DNA of 64,000 nucleotides from Antedon mediterranea. Its lineage: Eukaryota; Animalia; Echinodermata. The notes under the pieces are model-generated. The model was not told the origin of the DNA. It worked only from the letters and a program-made list of their open reading frames with translations, and did not search any database. The position numbers were made by a program, and so were the translations under genes. The stretch's first letter is position 1, and each line of letters starts with the position of its first letter. Positions 22,632-34,200 of this stretch are shown here, in pieces. Location of the stretch: NCBI RefSeq assembly GCF_964355755.1, contig NC_092680.1, forward strand, positions 5,580,001 through 5,644,000, written 5' to 3'.

Positions 22632-24527
22632 ATGATGTTCACTGACGGTTGTAAGTTTACATTTGTATCATCTATATTTCTTGTTTTGTTTAACTACTGT
22701 TTAATTTCTGACGCTGTTGTCACTATACAACCATTGAATATTGAGGTATTTGCTGGTGAAAATGCTGTATTTGAGTGCAATACTGTTATAGGCCTACTGA
22801 GTTCTACATCCAAGTGGCAATGGTTTATTGGTACTGATGGGCACTTGATAGCTAATGAAGACGCATTTGTAACAGATGGATATGACGTAATGATAAGCGG
22901 CAATAGGACAACCAGTATATTGACAATATTAAATACTACAATCATTAGGAACAATGGAAGAGTGTATTCTTGTCTATTTGGTTCATCATCACCACAAGCC
23001 ACTCTGACAGTTATCGATGGAATGAGGTTAGACTCAATGTATCCCCAGTGTGATTCAGACATGACGTCAATAAACACCGAGAAAACAGCACAACTAACAT
23101 GTAGTGCAAAAGGAGGGGATCCTAAACCAGAACTGCAATGGTACAGAAACGGAGTCAATTTATCGGAGAATCAAGATTTTGAAAGTTATGATTCTTCATC
23201 ATCATACTTTGAACAGTTAACACTTGTATTGACTATCGATGACGAAGATACAGTGTTTATGTGTAAAGCAGAAGGTCTAGCTGCTGACGAGAATCAGGCA
23301 TGTCAAGTTCAGTTAAGAGTTCCTCCGGACGTAGAGGTAATGTCTAACAAAACATATTTTACTTCTGGAGAGTCTCTAGAATTTACTTGTATAGCAATGA
23401 CTCCATGGAAAATTATGGAATATATTTGGACTATCAATGACGAGATAATGTCTACCTCAAAATATACCTTTATTCTAACAAATAACATGACAACGCTCGT
23501 CATTGATGATTTTGACGCTGATGCAGAAGTAAAATGTGAAGTGATAACAGCAACTGGTTTAACAGGTAGCGATTCGGTCACAATTACATTTTTAACTGTA
23601 AATGATGAATCAAATTGGTTACTTTTAGCGATAATATTGGTTGGAGGAGCAATGTTATTGTTACTTGTATTCATTATTGTTTTCATATTTGCAAAACGTC
23701 GTCAAAAACAAGGTAAAACATCGATAACCAAAACAGAACGAGCAACATTTCGAAATGACATGACAGATGGAATTGTACACATAGTACCGGTGCCTTTAGA
23801 TAATCCGAACTTTATCGACGAGAGAGATTATGAGGTTGATATTGATAATCCAAATGTGTTGAGGATTAATTTTGAAGATAATATGGAAGGTTATAACATG
23901 GATGATAATCATATGGATGATGACTATATGAATGATGATCATATCGATGGTAGTTCGGATATAAATGATGGCGGTAGATCATACGAAGAGAAGCCTGGTT
24001 TTGAAACTTACGCAAATGCAGAATCAGTTGCCAGTCTTGGAAGCTTTTGCAGTTTCAACAGTTTTGATCACGTTGATAACCGTCATAGTAGATATGTTGG
24101 CCATATGATCGACACTGGATCTCAAGATAGATTGACTGAGTTTGACGATCTATACGCAAAACCAAACCAGAGTAGGCAAAGTAAAGTGGACACAAAATCA
24201 GTTGATGGAATAGATAGGCCTAATGTTGAAGAACTGTATACAAAACCGAATAAAAAGTACAGGCAATCAATACACCAATCTCTTGAAGACATTTTAAAAC
24301 CAAGCACCGATAATAACAGAGCAGAATCATTTGATGATCTATACGCTAAGCCTAATAAAAAGCGTGCAACTGGACAGCCTATACTTTTTAACGAGTTATA
24401 CACTAAACATGACTTCAAACCCAAGCCACCACCAAAACCTAGGCCGATTAAGATTTCAGTATGTGATGATCAGATGAGTTCGTCAAACGTAATTGAACAT
24501 GATTTTACATATTCAAGTATTGCATAA
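22632..24527 (+). CDS. IgSF receptor 8: V domain of the receptor 2/3/5 type with a receptor-7-type YAKP/PxxP tail
   Basis: ORF 22587..24527; the family start MMFTDG is at 22632. Ig motifs present; TM WLLLAIILVGGAMLLLLVFIIVFIFA. Tail: ETYANAES, DDLYAKP x2, KPKPPPKP, DFTYSSIA. Confidence 0.92.
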   Translation: MMFTDGCKFTFVSSIFLVLFNYCLISDAVVTIQPLNIEVFAGENAVFECNTVIGLLSSTSKWQWFIGTDGHLIANEDAFVTDGYDVMISGNRTTSILTILNTTIIRNNGRVYSCLFGSSSPQATLTVIDGMRLDSMYPQCDSDMTSINTEKTAQLTCSAKGGDPKPELQWYRNGVNLSENQDFESYDSSSSYFEQLTLVLTIDDEDTVFMCKAEGLAADENQACQVQLRVPPDVEVMSNKTYFTSGESLEFTCIAMTPWKIMEYIWTINDEIMSTSKYTFILTNNMTTLVIDDFDADAEVKCEVITATGLTGSDSVTITFLTVNDESNWLLLAIILVGGAMLLLLVFIIVFIFAKRRQKQGKTSITKTERATFRNDMTDGIVHIVPVPLDNPNFIDERDYEVDIDNPNVLRINFEDNMEGYNMDDNHMDDDYMNDDHIDGSSDINDGGRSYEEKPGFETYANAESVASLGSFCSFNSFDHVDNRHSRYVGHMIDTGSQDRLTEFDDLYAKPNQSRQSKVDTKSVDGIDRPNVEELYTKPNKKYRQSIHQSLEDILKPSTDNNRAESFDDLYAKPNKKRATGQPILFNELYTKHDFKPKPPPKPRPIKISVCDDQMSSSNVIEHDFTYSSIA

Positions 24528-26019
24528 ATCGAATAATTCACATTCGGGATAAAACACTTGTGGACAGTCTACAACACAGCTCTTCTCTTTGATTGCCCAT
24601 AAAGATAACTTCTCATTTGTGCCGTTTCACCGAACAGAAGACGTCACTGTTCAAAACGGCAACGTCCTGTACTTTATACCTATCACTGTGTGAACAAACT
24701 AAACTTTGAACTATGAAATAATAATGTACAGTCCTGCCATAGATTTGATTTTTCAAGATTTGTCAATGTGTTTATCTTTCAATTTATAACCTATTTTGTA
24801 TTAATTGGTCAGATACTTTGCCCTACTCTGTCGTAAATACAATTACAACCTTATTTTGTATTATCTAAATATAATACTTGGTATTAAGCTTATAATCAGA
24901 AACACTAATTATATACAGTAATTATATATTTCAATACAATTTGTATACAATTTTCGCAAATTAATTATTAAATTTACCTGGTCATTTCTGCACTGTGTGT
25001 AACATGTTATGGGTAAATTAAGCCTAACTGTATTAGCCGTGATTTCATTATAACGCTTTTGCAGATAATCAAAGAAGAATAACAAAGTATCTAATTCGAG
25101 ATAATTACTAAATTAATTTAAAAGGGTAAATCTCACAAATTGTTGGCAAGCATTTTTGTACACTTTTTTATTCCAACTAAGACCATGTATGGCTTAGTTC
25201 CCACTAGGTATGGACACATCACAAGTAGTTCAATTCACGTTATGATTTATTAGTCTTCGTGTGAACTAAGCTTAACCTTCACTAAAACCAAACTTTATAT
25301 AAAATACGTGTTCTTTTTTATGCTTTTAATGCATTATGAAGAGCGTGGCTATGGTTACAGCTTTGCGACAGCTAAATTGCGTTTTTGAGTTTAAAAACAT
25401 TTAAAAAGCCAATTAGTAATAACAAGTAAATGGAGTAAAACTAAGCTAACTAAGCTAAGCTAATCAGAAAGGACACCATGTTTTATTTCCTGAAGGTGAA
25501 CCTTTGTGAAATAACAAAACACATATTTGAAGTATTTACCTAAGTTCCGTAATAATTCAATAAGCCTACTCTATACTTAGTAAAGCTGTTCGTGAGGGGA
25601 ATCGGAATTCGTACCCTATTCGTACCCCTTTTTTATTTACTTCCTCATAGTTGGATTAGTTACACTTGCTATGTTGTTTTGTTATATAGTTTTATATATA
25701 GTCACTAGGTCGGTTGGTCGGTCGTTCGGTAGGTAAACACTAACTCAAATTTGAGCACGCGACTGCAGCCATGTATGTCTTGTTATCTCAAAATGACATG
25801 AGAATAATTGAGTAACGTTGATACAATTATTACTATAGACAAATTCAAAATATATACTATATAATAAATGTAAAATGTAAATTAAATGAAATCACTAATG
25901 GACGTGGTTCTGTCTGGATTAATACATCCGGATAGAAAACTAATACTAATAAAAATTAGTACAGATTAAGGAAACTATTGAAAAAGGGTTTATTTTGGTG
26001 TATTAGGCAAATACAAATA

Positions 26020-27690
26020 CTAAAGTCTATTTCCTTATATTCGAATTAGTTCCACTTGTCTGTCTGATAATAGAATAACGTAATTATTTACTTTTGATTG
26101 ACGTTGAAATAAAATTATTCGCTGATATCCTAATAATTATTCGTCAAATAACACGTATAAGCCTAAATGGCCGTTGCTGGTCTAAAACAACATAAGTTAA
26201 ATTGTGCGCAATTTGTTCTACCTAAACAGTGAAAAATTCACAAGTGACAGAAGTTCTGGTAACCATCGTGTCCTGATTTGTAAAATCACTATGGTGCGGA
26301 TGTTCTTGAGTTGGTTTCCACAATTAGGCCGTCACGCAACGACGTAAGCGCAACGCAAGCGAGTTGGCCAATGACAAGGGGCATTTTGGATAATCGCATC
26401 ACAAATCGAGACAATTTGTACAAACTGAGGAAACGTATTGGTTTAGCTGATCACGGTCTCTTCATAAATGAGGGGAAATGAAGGGGAATTTATTTTGAAA
26501 TGAATTCCACTTTTAAGATGCTTTGATATTGTAACTGTGTCAATCACAAATAGTAGTTTATTCACCTGTATTGGGCCTGGTTTTCTTATATAGTAATGTC
26601 TCTCACATAATAATTGTGTATACGAATCATTTATGTTGTTGATGTTTCAGGTGTGGCATGCCTAACCAGAAAAGGTGAGCAGCTTTTGAGTACTAACCAT
26701 TTAAATTGGTAAAACGGTTGTTTTAACTGTAAATGTTTGTTCTATAGGTAAATGAAACGGGGTATTTCCTTAAACTCGGATTAGTTCCACTTGTTCAGAT
26801 GCTTTGTGTCTAGCAAACAACAAATGAATCACAGTGACGTGGATACTTCTAATAATAGGACAGTTCAAAACGATTATTTACTTTTAAATAACTTTTGACT
26901 TTTACATAATATTAGCCTTAGGCTAGTAATCGTCTAGGCCTATGCTTTATGAAGTCATTTATGGTGAATTCTAAACGTTTGTCACATACTTAATTTAAGT
27001 ACGAACACAAACGACTTCACCAACAAGATTTTCGAATAATCGTAGTTTTTTCAAGAGGTATTAAAATGAAATGGGTATTTCCTTATACGCGGATTAGTTC
27101 CACTTGTTCAGATGCTTTGTGTCTAGCAAAGAACAAACTACTCTAATAACAGTGACGTGGGTACTTCTAATGAAAATATAGTTGACTTTATAATCTTTTA
27201 AAATAACGTTTGACTTTTCCATAATACTGAATTAGCCTAGGCTACTTAATCTATGGGGAGCCATATGGTGAATTCTACACGTTTGTCTTTATGTTAGTAC
27301 AAACACAAACGATAGGTAAAACAGGGGGCAGTACTTCAATATCTTCGTGAGATGTAATGTAAAATGAAAACAAACAAATGAAAATGTGTGAACTATTTTA
27401 AAACGGGATAGAGGATAATGATGATCATGTCAAATGTATATAAAAATATAAGAACATTAATGAAAAAAGGAGTAATACGGAATTCATATATGTTAGAATG
27501 TTACTTATGAATTGTAACGACATTTACAATGTGTTAAATAATATGATTTTATGTAATGACATGATATAATAAGAATGTGAATAAAAGTGGTGTTTGCGCC
27601 ACAAAAGAGAAAAAAAAAATCTTCGTGAGATGAATAAAAGGTTATTCTTTTAATTCGGATCAGTTTTACTTGTTAAGATACGTATTGTGT
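26020..27690 (+). repeat. Degenerate local repeat (two adjacent ~310-bp units plus two diverged partial copies)
   Basis: The motif tatttcctta.a..cggattagttccacttgttcagatgctttgtgtctagcaaa occurs at ~26763 and ~27076. Diverged versions are at ~26028 and ~27643. Confidence 0.7.
27355..27618 (+). mobile_element. Short 3'-UTR fragment of the same Tx1/L1-like LINE as at 53-57 kb, with poly(A) and 14-bp TSD
   Basis: Matches 56284-56539 (tgtaaaatgaaaacaaac...gtttgcgccacaaaagagaaaa). TSD atcttcgtgagatg is at 27341-27354 and 27619-27632. Confidence 0.92.
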
Positions 27691-30600
27691 ATCATTATAC
27701 AACGATCAATGTATTATTCAAATTATGAGGAAGGACTATTATAATTATTATCTATATATATAAATAATACTAAAGATGCAATACTTTAAAGAATATACAT
27801 TCAATAAGATTCCTCTTTCGAATGATGGTATGTGCCATTTTTAACCTAAGAATTCTATCTTTGATTGTATTATCTATTATTGGACCTAATTAGCTATATT
27901 GAAGGAGTTATGGCAGATTTCGAGATTTGTTTTAATACTAAAAACGTAATAATAGAAAAGAAAAACAACCAACAAATTCTAAAAATGGAGGCAATTCTAA
28001 ACAAAATGAATATCAGGAATTCAAAACTATGGGAGATAGTTGCAACGCATTTGACGAGAATGTATACGCTGAACCGACAACACGTAGTGTGCCAAAAAAA
28101 CAGTCACATATATCTACGAAAACACTATAATGTAACGTTATATTATTGTTATAATGTCTACCTGAATTAAAGAACGATAAAGTCACTAAAGTGAAGACAC
28201 GAATGGTGATATTCCTCCATAATAGAGTTTTCAGTTATTATGCCATTTATGTTAGTTATCAAATTTATTCTGGGTTTCCGCTGAAAAAATCGTAAAGAGA
28301 AAACATGCTGTCAGATAACGTCATACCTATTTATGATACATTAATATTACGAAAAAAATCAAAAAGCCCGCTGGTGGCGCTCGTGCTGTAAAGGCTAACG
28401 AAGTTTGATGTAAATTATTACTTCCGTCTTTTATTTGATCTCTTAAAGGAATAATTACAAACACGATATTAAGATTGAGTTTAGTCCGGCGTATAAGTAA
28501 GCGTCATATAATATATTTTCATTAAGATAGATATATCAAATTATAAAATAGCTGAAAAATATATTGATTTTTATAAGAATCAACTGTCTGTAGGCCTATG
28601 TAAAAAAGAGACACGAGACAACGTTTTACCCGCTGCGCCACGCAATTTGCTTAATTGAAGACATTAATTAACTAAACTATTTAAACTATGCATACATAGC
28701 ACCATCATGTGTTATTCGCCCTCTCTAAACGCGCTGAAACATCGGAACATCAGCTAGCGCTTCGGGAAATATATATTCTTTCGAGAAAAATATCATCTCT
28801 CGATGATGTCAAATCTTATATTTTACATCTAATCATGCAATATCTGTATAATACAACATTTCATTGGTATCACATGTGATCCTTGTATCATGTACGTTTG
28901 TGCTAAGGGTTAGGTTATGGTATATTAAGATACCATGTAAACACATGGGTTATTGTATTACCAAATATTCTAATGAAACCGGAGAAATCTAGATACTATT
29001 TCGCGGATTGGGTGCACCGACAGTTGACGCACAATACTTAGTGTGAACCAAAAATAATGCTTGAGCGTCACTTGATAAACAGTGACTTATCACTATGGTA
29101 ATGAATTACATTGAATAGTTATTGATTTCTACTATAAGCCTACCTACATGTATGTAATGAGAATAAGATTGTGTTTCTCCTGTTAATAATTAAGGAGTAG
29201 ATGACAGCACGAATAAGAAATCACTGAAGACACAGTACACATCACATACCGGTAACTTATAATAATAACACTGGATGTAGGTGTACTCCTCCTTTGAGAG
29301 ACACTATCCTTTTCCATCAAACAAAGGAGGATAAATCATGTTTTAAAATACGGCCAACCATAGTAGGAGCTCTAACGTATTATAGTATGAGTTATTATTA
29401 GAGAGGTCGGTAATTATCACAAGGCAATAAATAACAGCTTACTCTATTAGAGAATGGAATAGCGACAAATGTATATTTCTATTCTACAAGATATTAACAA
29501 TTACAATAATTGATAGAGTATATTGTGTTAAAAATATGTCTATTATGTGTGCGTATGCACGTTAATTTGTTGTACTATGCGTATCCTATCCTCAATCAGG
29601 ATATGGCCAATCACGCAAATATTTCATTCCATGCATGAGAGGCATATTCTAGTAAAACAATGTACACCAACACATTCAATAGTGCAACACATTAGGATAG
29701 ATTCGCTTTCGATAAAAGGGAAAACTAATGCGTTACACTATCTATTTTATAAGTGAGAGAGTTTGTACGTTTGTTTGTTCGTTATACAAATTTTTGTTAC
29801 TGCACATAACCTTTCATACTGGGTATCAAAATGACCGGAAAGTTCTAAACTACATCACCCGCCACCTAGGATCCAAGTTAGGGCCAAAATGGGGTCAAAA
29901 TGGTCCGCTTTTCCCCACTTTCGATGTTTGTTCGGTATACAAATTTCTGTTTCTGCACGTAACCATACATTATGGAGTATCAAGACGATCGCAATTGACC
30001 GGAAAGGTTTTAAACTACATTTGGGATTTGATGGGAGAGAGGTTGGAGAGATAGGTTATGGGAGTTAGGGTTGAGGGGATAGTGGGGATTTTGCTCAGGC
30101 TAGGGGTAGTAGGCTATCAAATTGACCAGAATTGTGGTAGGAAATTGTTAAAGTACTTTAAGTATCCCTGAGAACTGGCTGGGAGTTTTGGGTAGGGATG
30201 TAGGCCTATCACCATGACCGACTGTACTACATTTGAAAACAGCCAGTGAGGGATTATGGGTTGGGCGTGATGGCATAATAAAAACATAATTTATACTGGA
30301 AACGTCTTAAACTAATAACCCACTATCTGGGGTGTGTTGGTAGAGAGGAGGAGGGCGGAAATACTGGCGTAATGAAGTATAACATGATTGGAATTGCACT
30401 AGGAAAAGTTACTAGGCCTACATTTGAACTGTCTAGGGGAGGAATGGCGGTTGATGAGGATAGGGAGACACTGGCGTCGGGTGTTATGTACTGAGAAGAC
30501 TTTAACTAAATTTGAAATCCGCCCTGGGGCGGGTATAATTGCTAGTATATTGTATAAGAACACCCGAACCAAAAAATTGGAACAACAATTGGCAGGAAAT

Positions 30601-30754
30601 AAGAATAAAAATAACAACATACAGCATGCAACCAACAGAATCACTCTGTTTCGAATAGCTACTGCATTGCCAGCTCATTACACAAATTAAATCATAATTA
30701 CAGCATGTAAGCAGCATGTACAGAAATGTATGTTTCGTTTTCAAAACCAATACC

Positions 30755-30977
30755 TTAGACAGGAAGTATTAATAAAGGAGGAATTCCTGTATTGTTGAAA
30801 ATAATTCCTGACGTCATTTTTCTTGAGTATCCTAGCTATTTTATAAGGAACTAATGATAGTTAGTAGGCCCCACTTCTATATCAGAAGGCTAGGAAGAAA
30901 CTTGCTGTAAGAAGAAAAATAGCAGTATAATACACTACACTATTGAACACTGAAATAAAAAATATCTTTGGGTTAAG
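30755..30977 (+). promoter_or_regulatory. Putative promoter and non-coding first exon of Death-TIR-TIR gene A
   Basis: ETS-like caggaagt (~30760), perfect CRE tgacgtca (30809-30816) and donor AAG/gtaagt at 30977, with an acceptor at 31203 just before the ATG. A similar arrangement precedes gene B (acgtcatt ~42094, donor 42217, acceptor 42474). Confidence 0.45.
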
Positions 30978-31220
30978 GTAAGTTGTTTTGATATTGAATA
31001 GTAATACTGATTTACTGATTTGGTGTTCTTAAAATCTTATTTGCAAATTAATGTGATTTTATTGGGCAAGTTCAATTGCCAAACACAAACATTATGATCA
31101 TTAGGAGCAGCAGTGGAAACCGAACCTTACGGTATAACTTGGCTATCACATCCCAATCATAATATCATAAGCTTACAGTAGGCGTTTACTTGTGATTTTC
31201 CAGTAGCGAAGATAATAACA

Positions 31221-34200
31221 ATGAAACGAGAAGAGGTCGAAGCGTTTGTAGAACAAATCTTAGAATCAATTGGTGATTTTAAGAAGTACTTGCCGAAGCT
31301 GATAAAAGCAGTGAGTGAATTTGAAGAGGAAGAGGAAGACGAAAATGAGCGGAACATGCAAGTATTAACGGATGTTATTGAGCAAGTGCTTTCTGCTGCT
31401 GAAAAAAGGTGATACGACATGTTATTATATTACTACAGCATCATTTGATCGTTTTATAAGAGATAAGAGATCGTAGTTCATACATAGATGATTTTATAAT
31501 AACATAAAAATAAAATGTCTATATTTGTCTTTGAAATTGCTGTATGGCGTAACCAAAATCTTATCATAAAATTTGTTTGGATACAGCAAGGGTAAACAGT
31601 CAAAGGTATTCGCCGAACTTGCAGTTGCCATGGCAGAGAAGAAGATGTCTGAGTATTATCATATTCTTGAACGCTTATTTAGGGACCGGAACATCGTAAA
31701 TTGGAAAGTAAAAATTATTGTTTTAATTAAAAATGTTTACTAATGTATGCATGATTCCATTTCATTCTTTATCAAATTTAGACCAATTTATTAGTATAAC
31801 CTAATAATAATATAATAATATTTATTGGTTACTCTCCTTTAAAACGGAGGAACACTCTTGTAACAAGAGGTTCGACCCATTTTTGTACTAAACAGCCACA
31901 AGTCGCGTGCTCTCAGAAAAACATTTCAAAAAGTAATGTATATCAAAACAGTTTAAAAAGTACAGAAAAACGATAAAACGCATAGTGATACCGGACCGAC
32001 AGACAGACCGACAGACCGACAGATCGACCGACCGACATAGTGAACTATTGAGTCGCGTTCACGTGACTAAAAATCATGTTTCTGAGTTATCTATTTTATT
32101 TATTTAAGAATCAATCAACAGAAGCCATACAAATAATCGAGACGTTCATGGAACCGCCAGCAATTAAAATGACAAAACGTGATGAAAGTTTTTATGGCAC
32201 CGAGGAACCAGAAAGATATGAAATGTCGAGCCGAATCGAAGACTGCACAAACGTATTGGTAGAAGCATTCATGTAAGTATGGAAAGTTCTTACTTTGGAA
32301 ATGCAACTGTTCCGAGTTACCTCTTTGCCCGTCTTTGCTTTCCTACATATTCAGTATTTTATTTCTCCTTCAGAACATAGCAATCCATTGCATGACATAT
32401 CTATTTCAGCCATTATTTCATCCTCTTTCAATTCTCTACCAGTTGTTTTCATATTTCCTCAGACCATCTCTTCATCTCATTTTGGTTTGCCTCTTTTCCT
32501 TTTCCCTACCCTTTTCCATTAAATTATCATGGAGTCTTGCAACGTGGCCTGCCTATTTTCACGTACAGGTATGTTTGGAGCAGATTTTTATCTTTCCATT
32601 ATTACTTGAATGGTACTTTGTTCATTATTACTCAGCCAAGCTCTCTTCGTTCCAAAACTCAATAAGTCTCCACGTCAATCAAATCTAATAATCGTAATTA
32701 TTTATTTTTAACAGACGAGATAAGTTAACGAAAAAAGTTCAAATCCCACTTCTACGACTATTGATAAATTCTCTGAAGAAATCTGAGATTGTCCATCTTA
32801 TGATTGCCAAGGGATTGTTAGATGGTTGGGATTTTAATGTTGAAGTAAGTTGTTCGTTTAATTAATTTTAGTAATGAAGATTTAAAGACGCAACACATGA
32901 AAAAGGATAAAATCAAATATTTGATTTTTAAGAAATGTTTTTAAGAAATGGCCTAATTTATTTTCGTTAAAAAAAACATGAACAAAAAAAGACAAAATAA
33001 ACGGTTACATTTTACTGTGGTTGACTCAGGTAAATATTTGTTTAAAAATCTTATTTTCGGTCAAAATAAACTGTGGTGACATTAAAATGGCCTATTAAAA
33101 AATGCCTACTTGTGCACGTGAAGTTGTCAATCCGAAAAAATGGCGGTATCAAATAATCATCGTGTGCAAGGTTCAAAATATTTGGGAGTTTTCAGCATTT
33201 TTTGTAGGGTTGGGTTTTCATAAAATGTTTAATCATATAGGACGGTGACACTAAAACTCTGATACCCGAGTTACTAAAGACGGTTGATGAGTGGACAAGA
33301 AAGTTTGACGAGAAGTTGTCAAGCGACGAACATCCAATTGAAGAAAACTTTGCAACAAATTCGTTGACAACTGCATTCAACTCCAACTGGTAAGATACCG
33401 ACATCTGTTTTAAAAACATTTTGACCTTTTTTAAAATGTTTAAAACTCCAACAATATTTAACAAATTAAGTATTTTACCTATAAATTTTTCCTAGAATAA
33501 AATGTATACGTGTATCTATACCGTTCCACGGCTGTCATTGCAGGTAATACAACATAACAAAAGATAGCCTACTGTTCGCGTGCTTTTAATAGGATGGATG
33601 AAATTAGCTGGTCACGGACGAAGTGAATAACTGAAATAAATTGGCGTAAGCCTATAATCATAATTATGCTAATTCCATTTTTTAGCCCTCCCAAGTTATA
33701 CATTAACCATGTTATATCGATATGGAATAACACATTGACGAAAGAGTTAGACGGTCAGCCAATGAATGGATGGGGGTTAATTGCCAGTAGCATACTAGGT
33801 AATTTCATCGTTGCAAAGGTAAATATTTACTTTTACATTTACTTGCTCCCGTTTTATTATTCAAGCATCATTTGATCTAGCGCATTTTTCTGAGCGTTTT
33901 TATTTTATATTTATAGGCTACTAAGATTGATATGACTGATTTAGTTCCTGGTGTAATGAGGCTAATACGGACAGACATCGAGGTATTGAGAACACTTTCA
34001 TCTGGCGTTATAGCATCCATGTATCAAAAGATTGACGCACTCGTGCCTTGCGCAGAAGAAGTTGTTGAGGTTTTTCTGGACTGCGAAGACATGTTTTTTA
34101 TGGGAAGTATGTGCTCAGATTTTATAAATTTGTATATAATATAGATGTGCAGGCCTATATAATTTTGATGACGACAGCTAAAACAATAATAATATGTTTT

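Noticed and set aside
608-24424. Recurrent minus-strand ORFs overlapping the Ig genes (e.g. 2791-3030, 8609-8965, 22694-23158)
   Set aside because: These are antisense shadows of the paralogous plus-strand CDSs; their mutual similarity is explained by the sense genes.
27865-30750. Short ORFs in the spacer between the two arrays
   Set aside because: They show no recognisable domains or consistent exon chain. The region contains local repeats and G-rich, probably TE-derived sequence.
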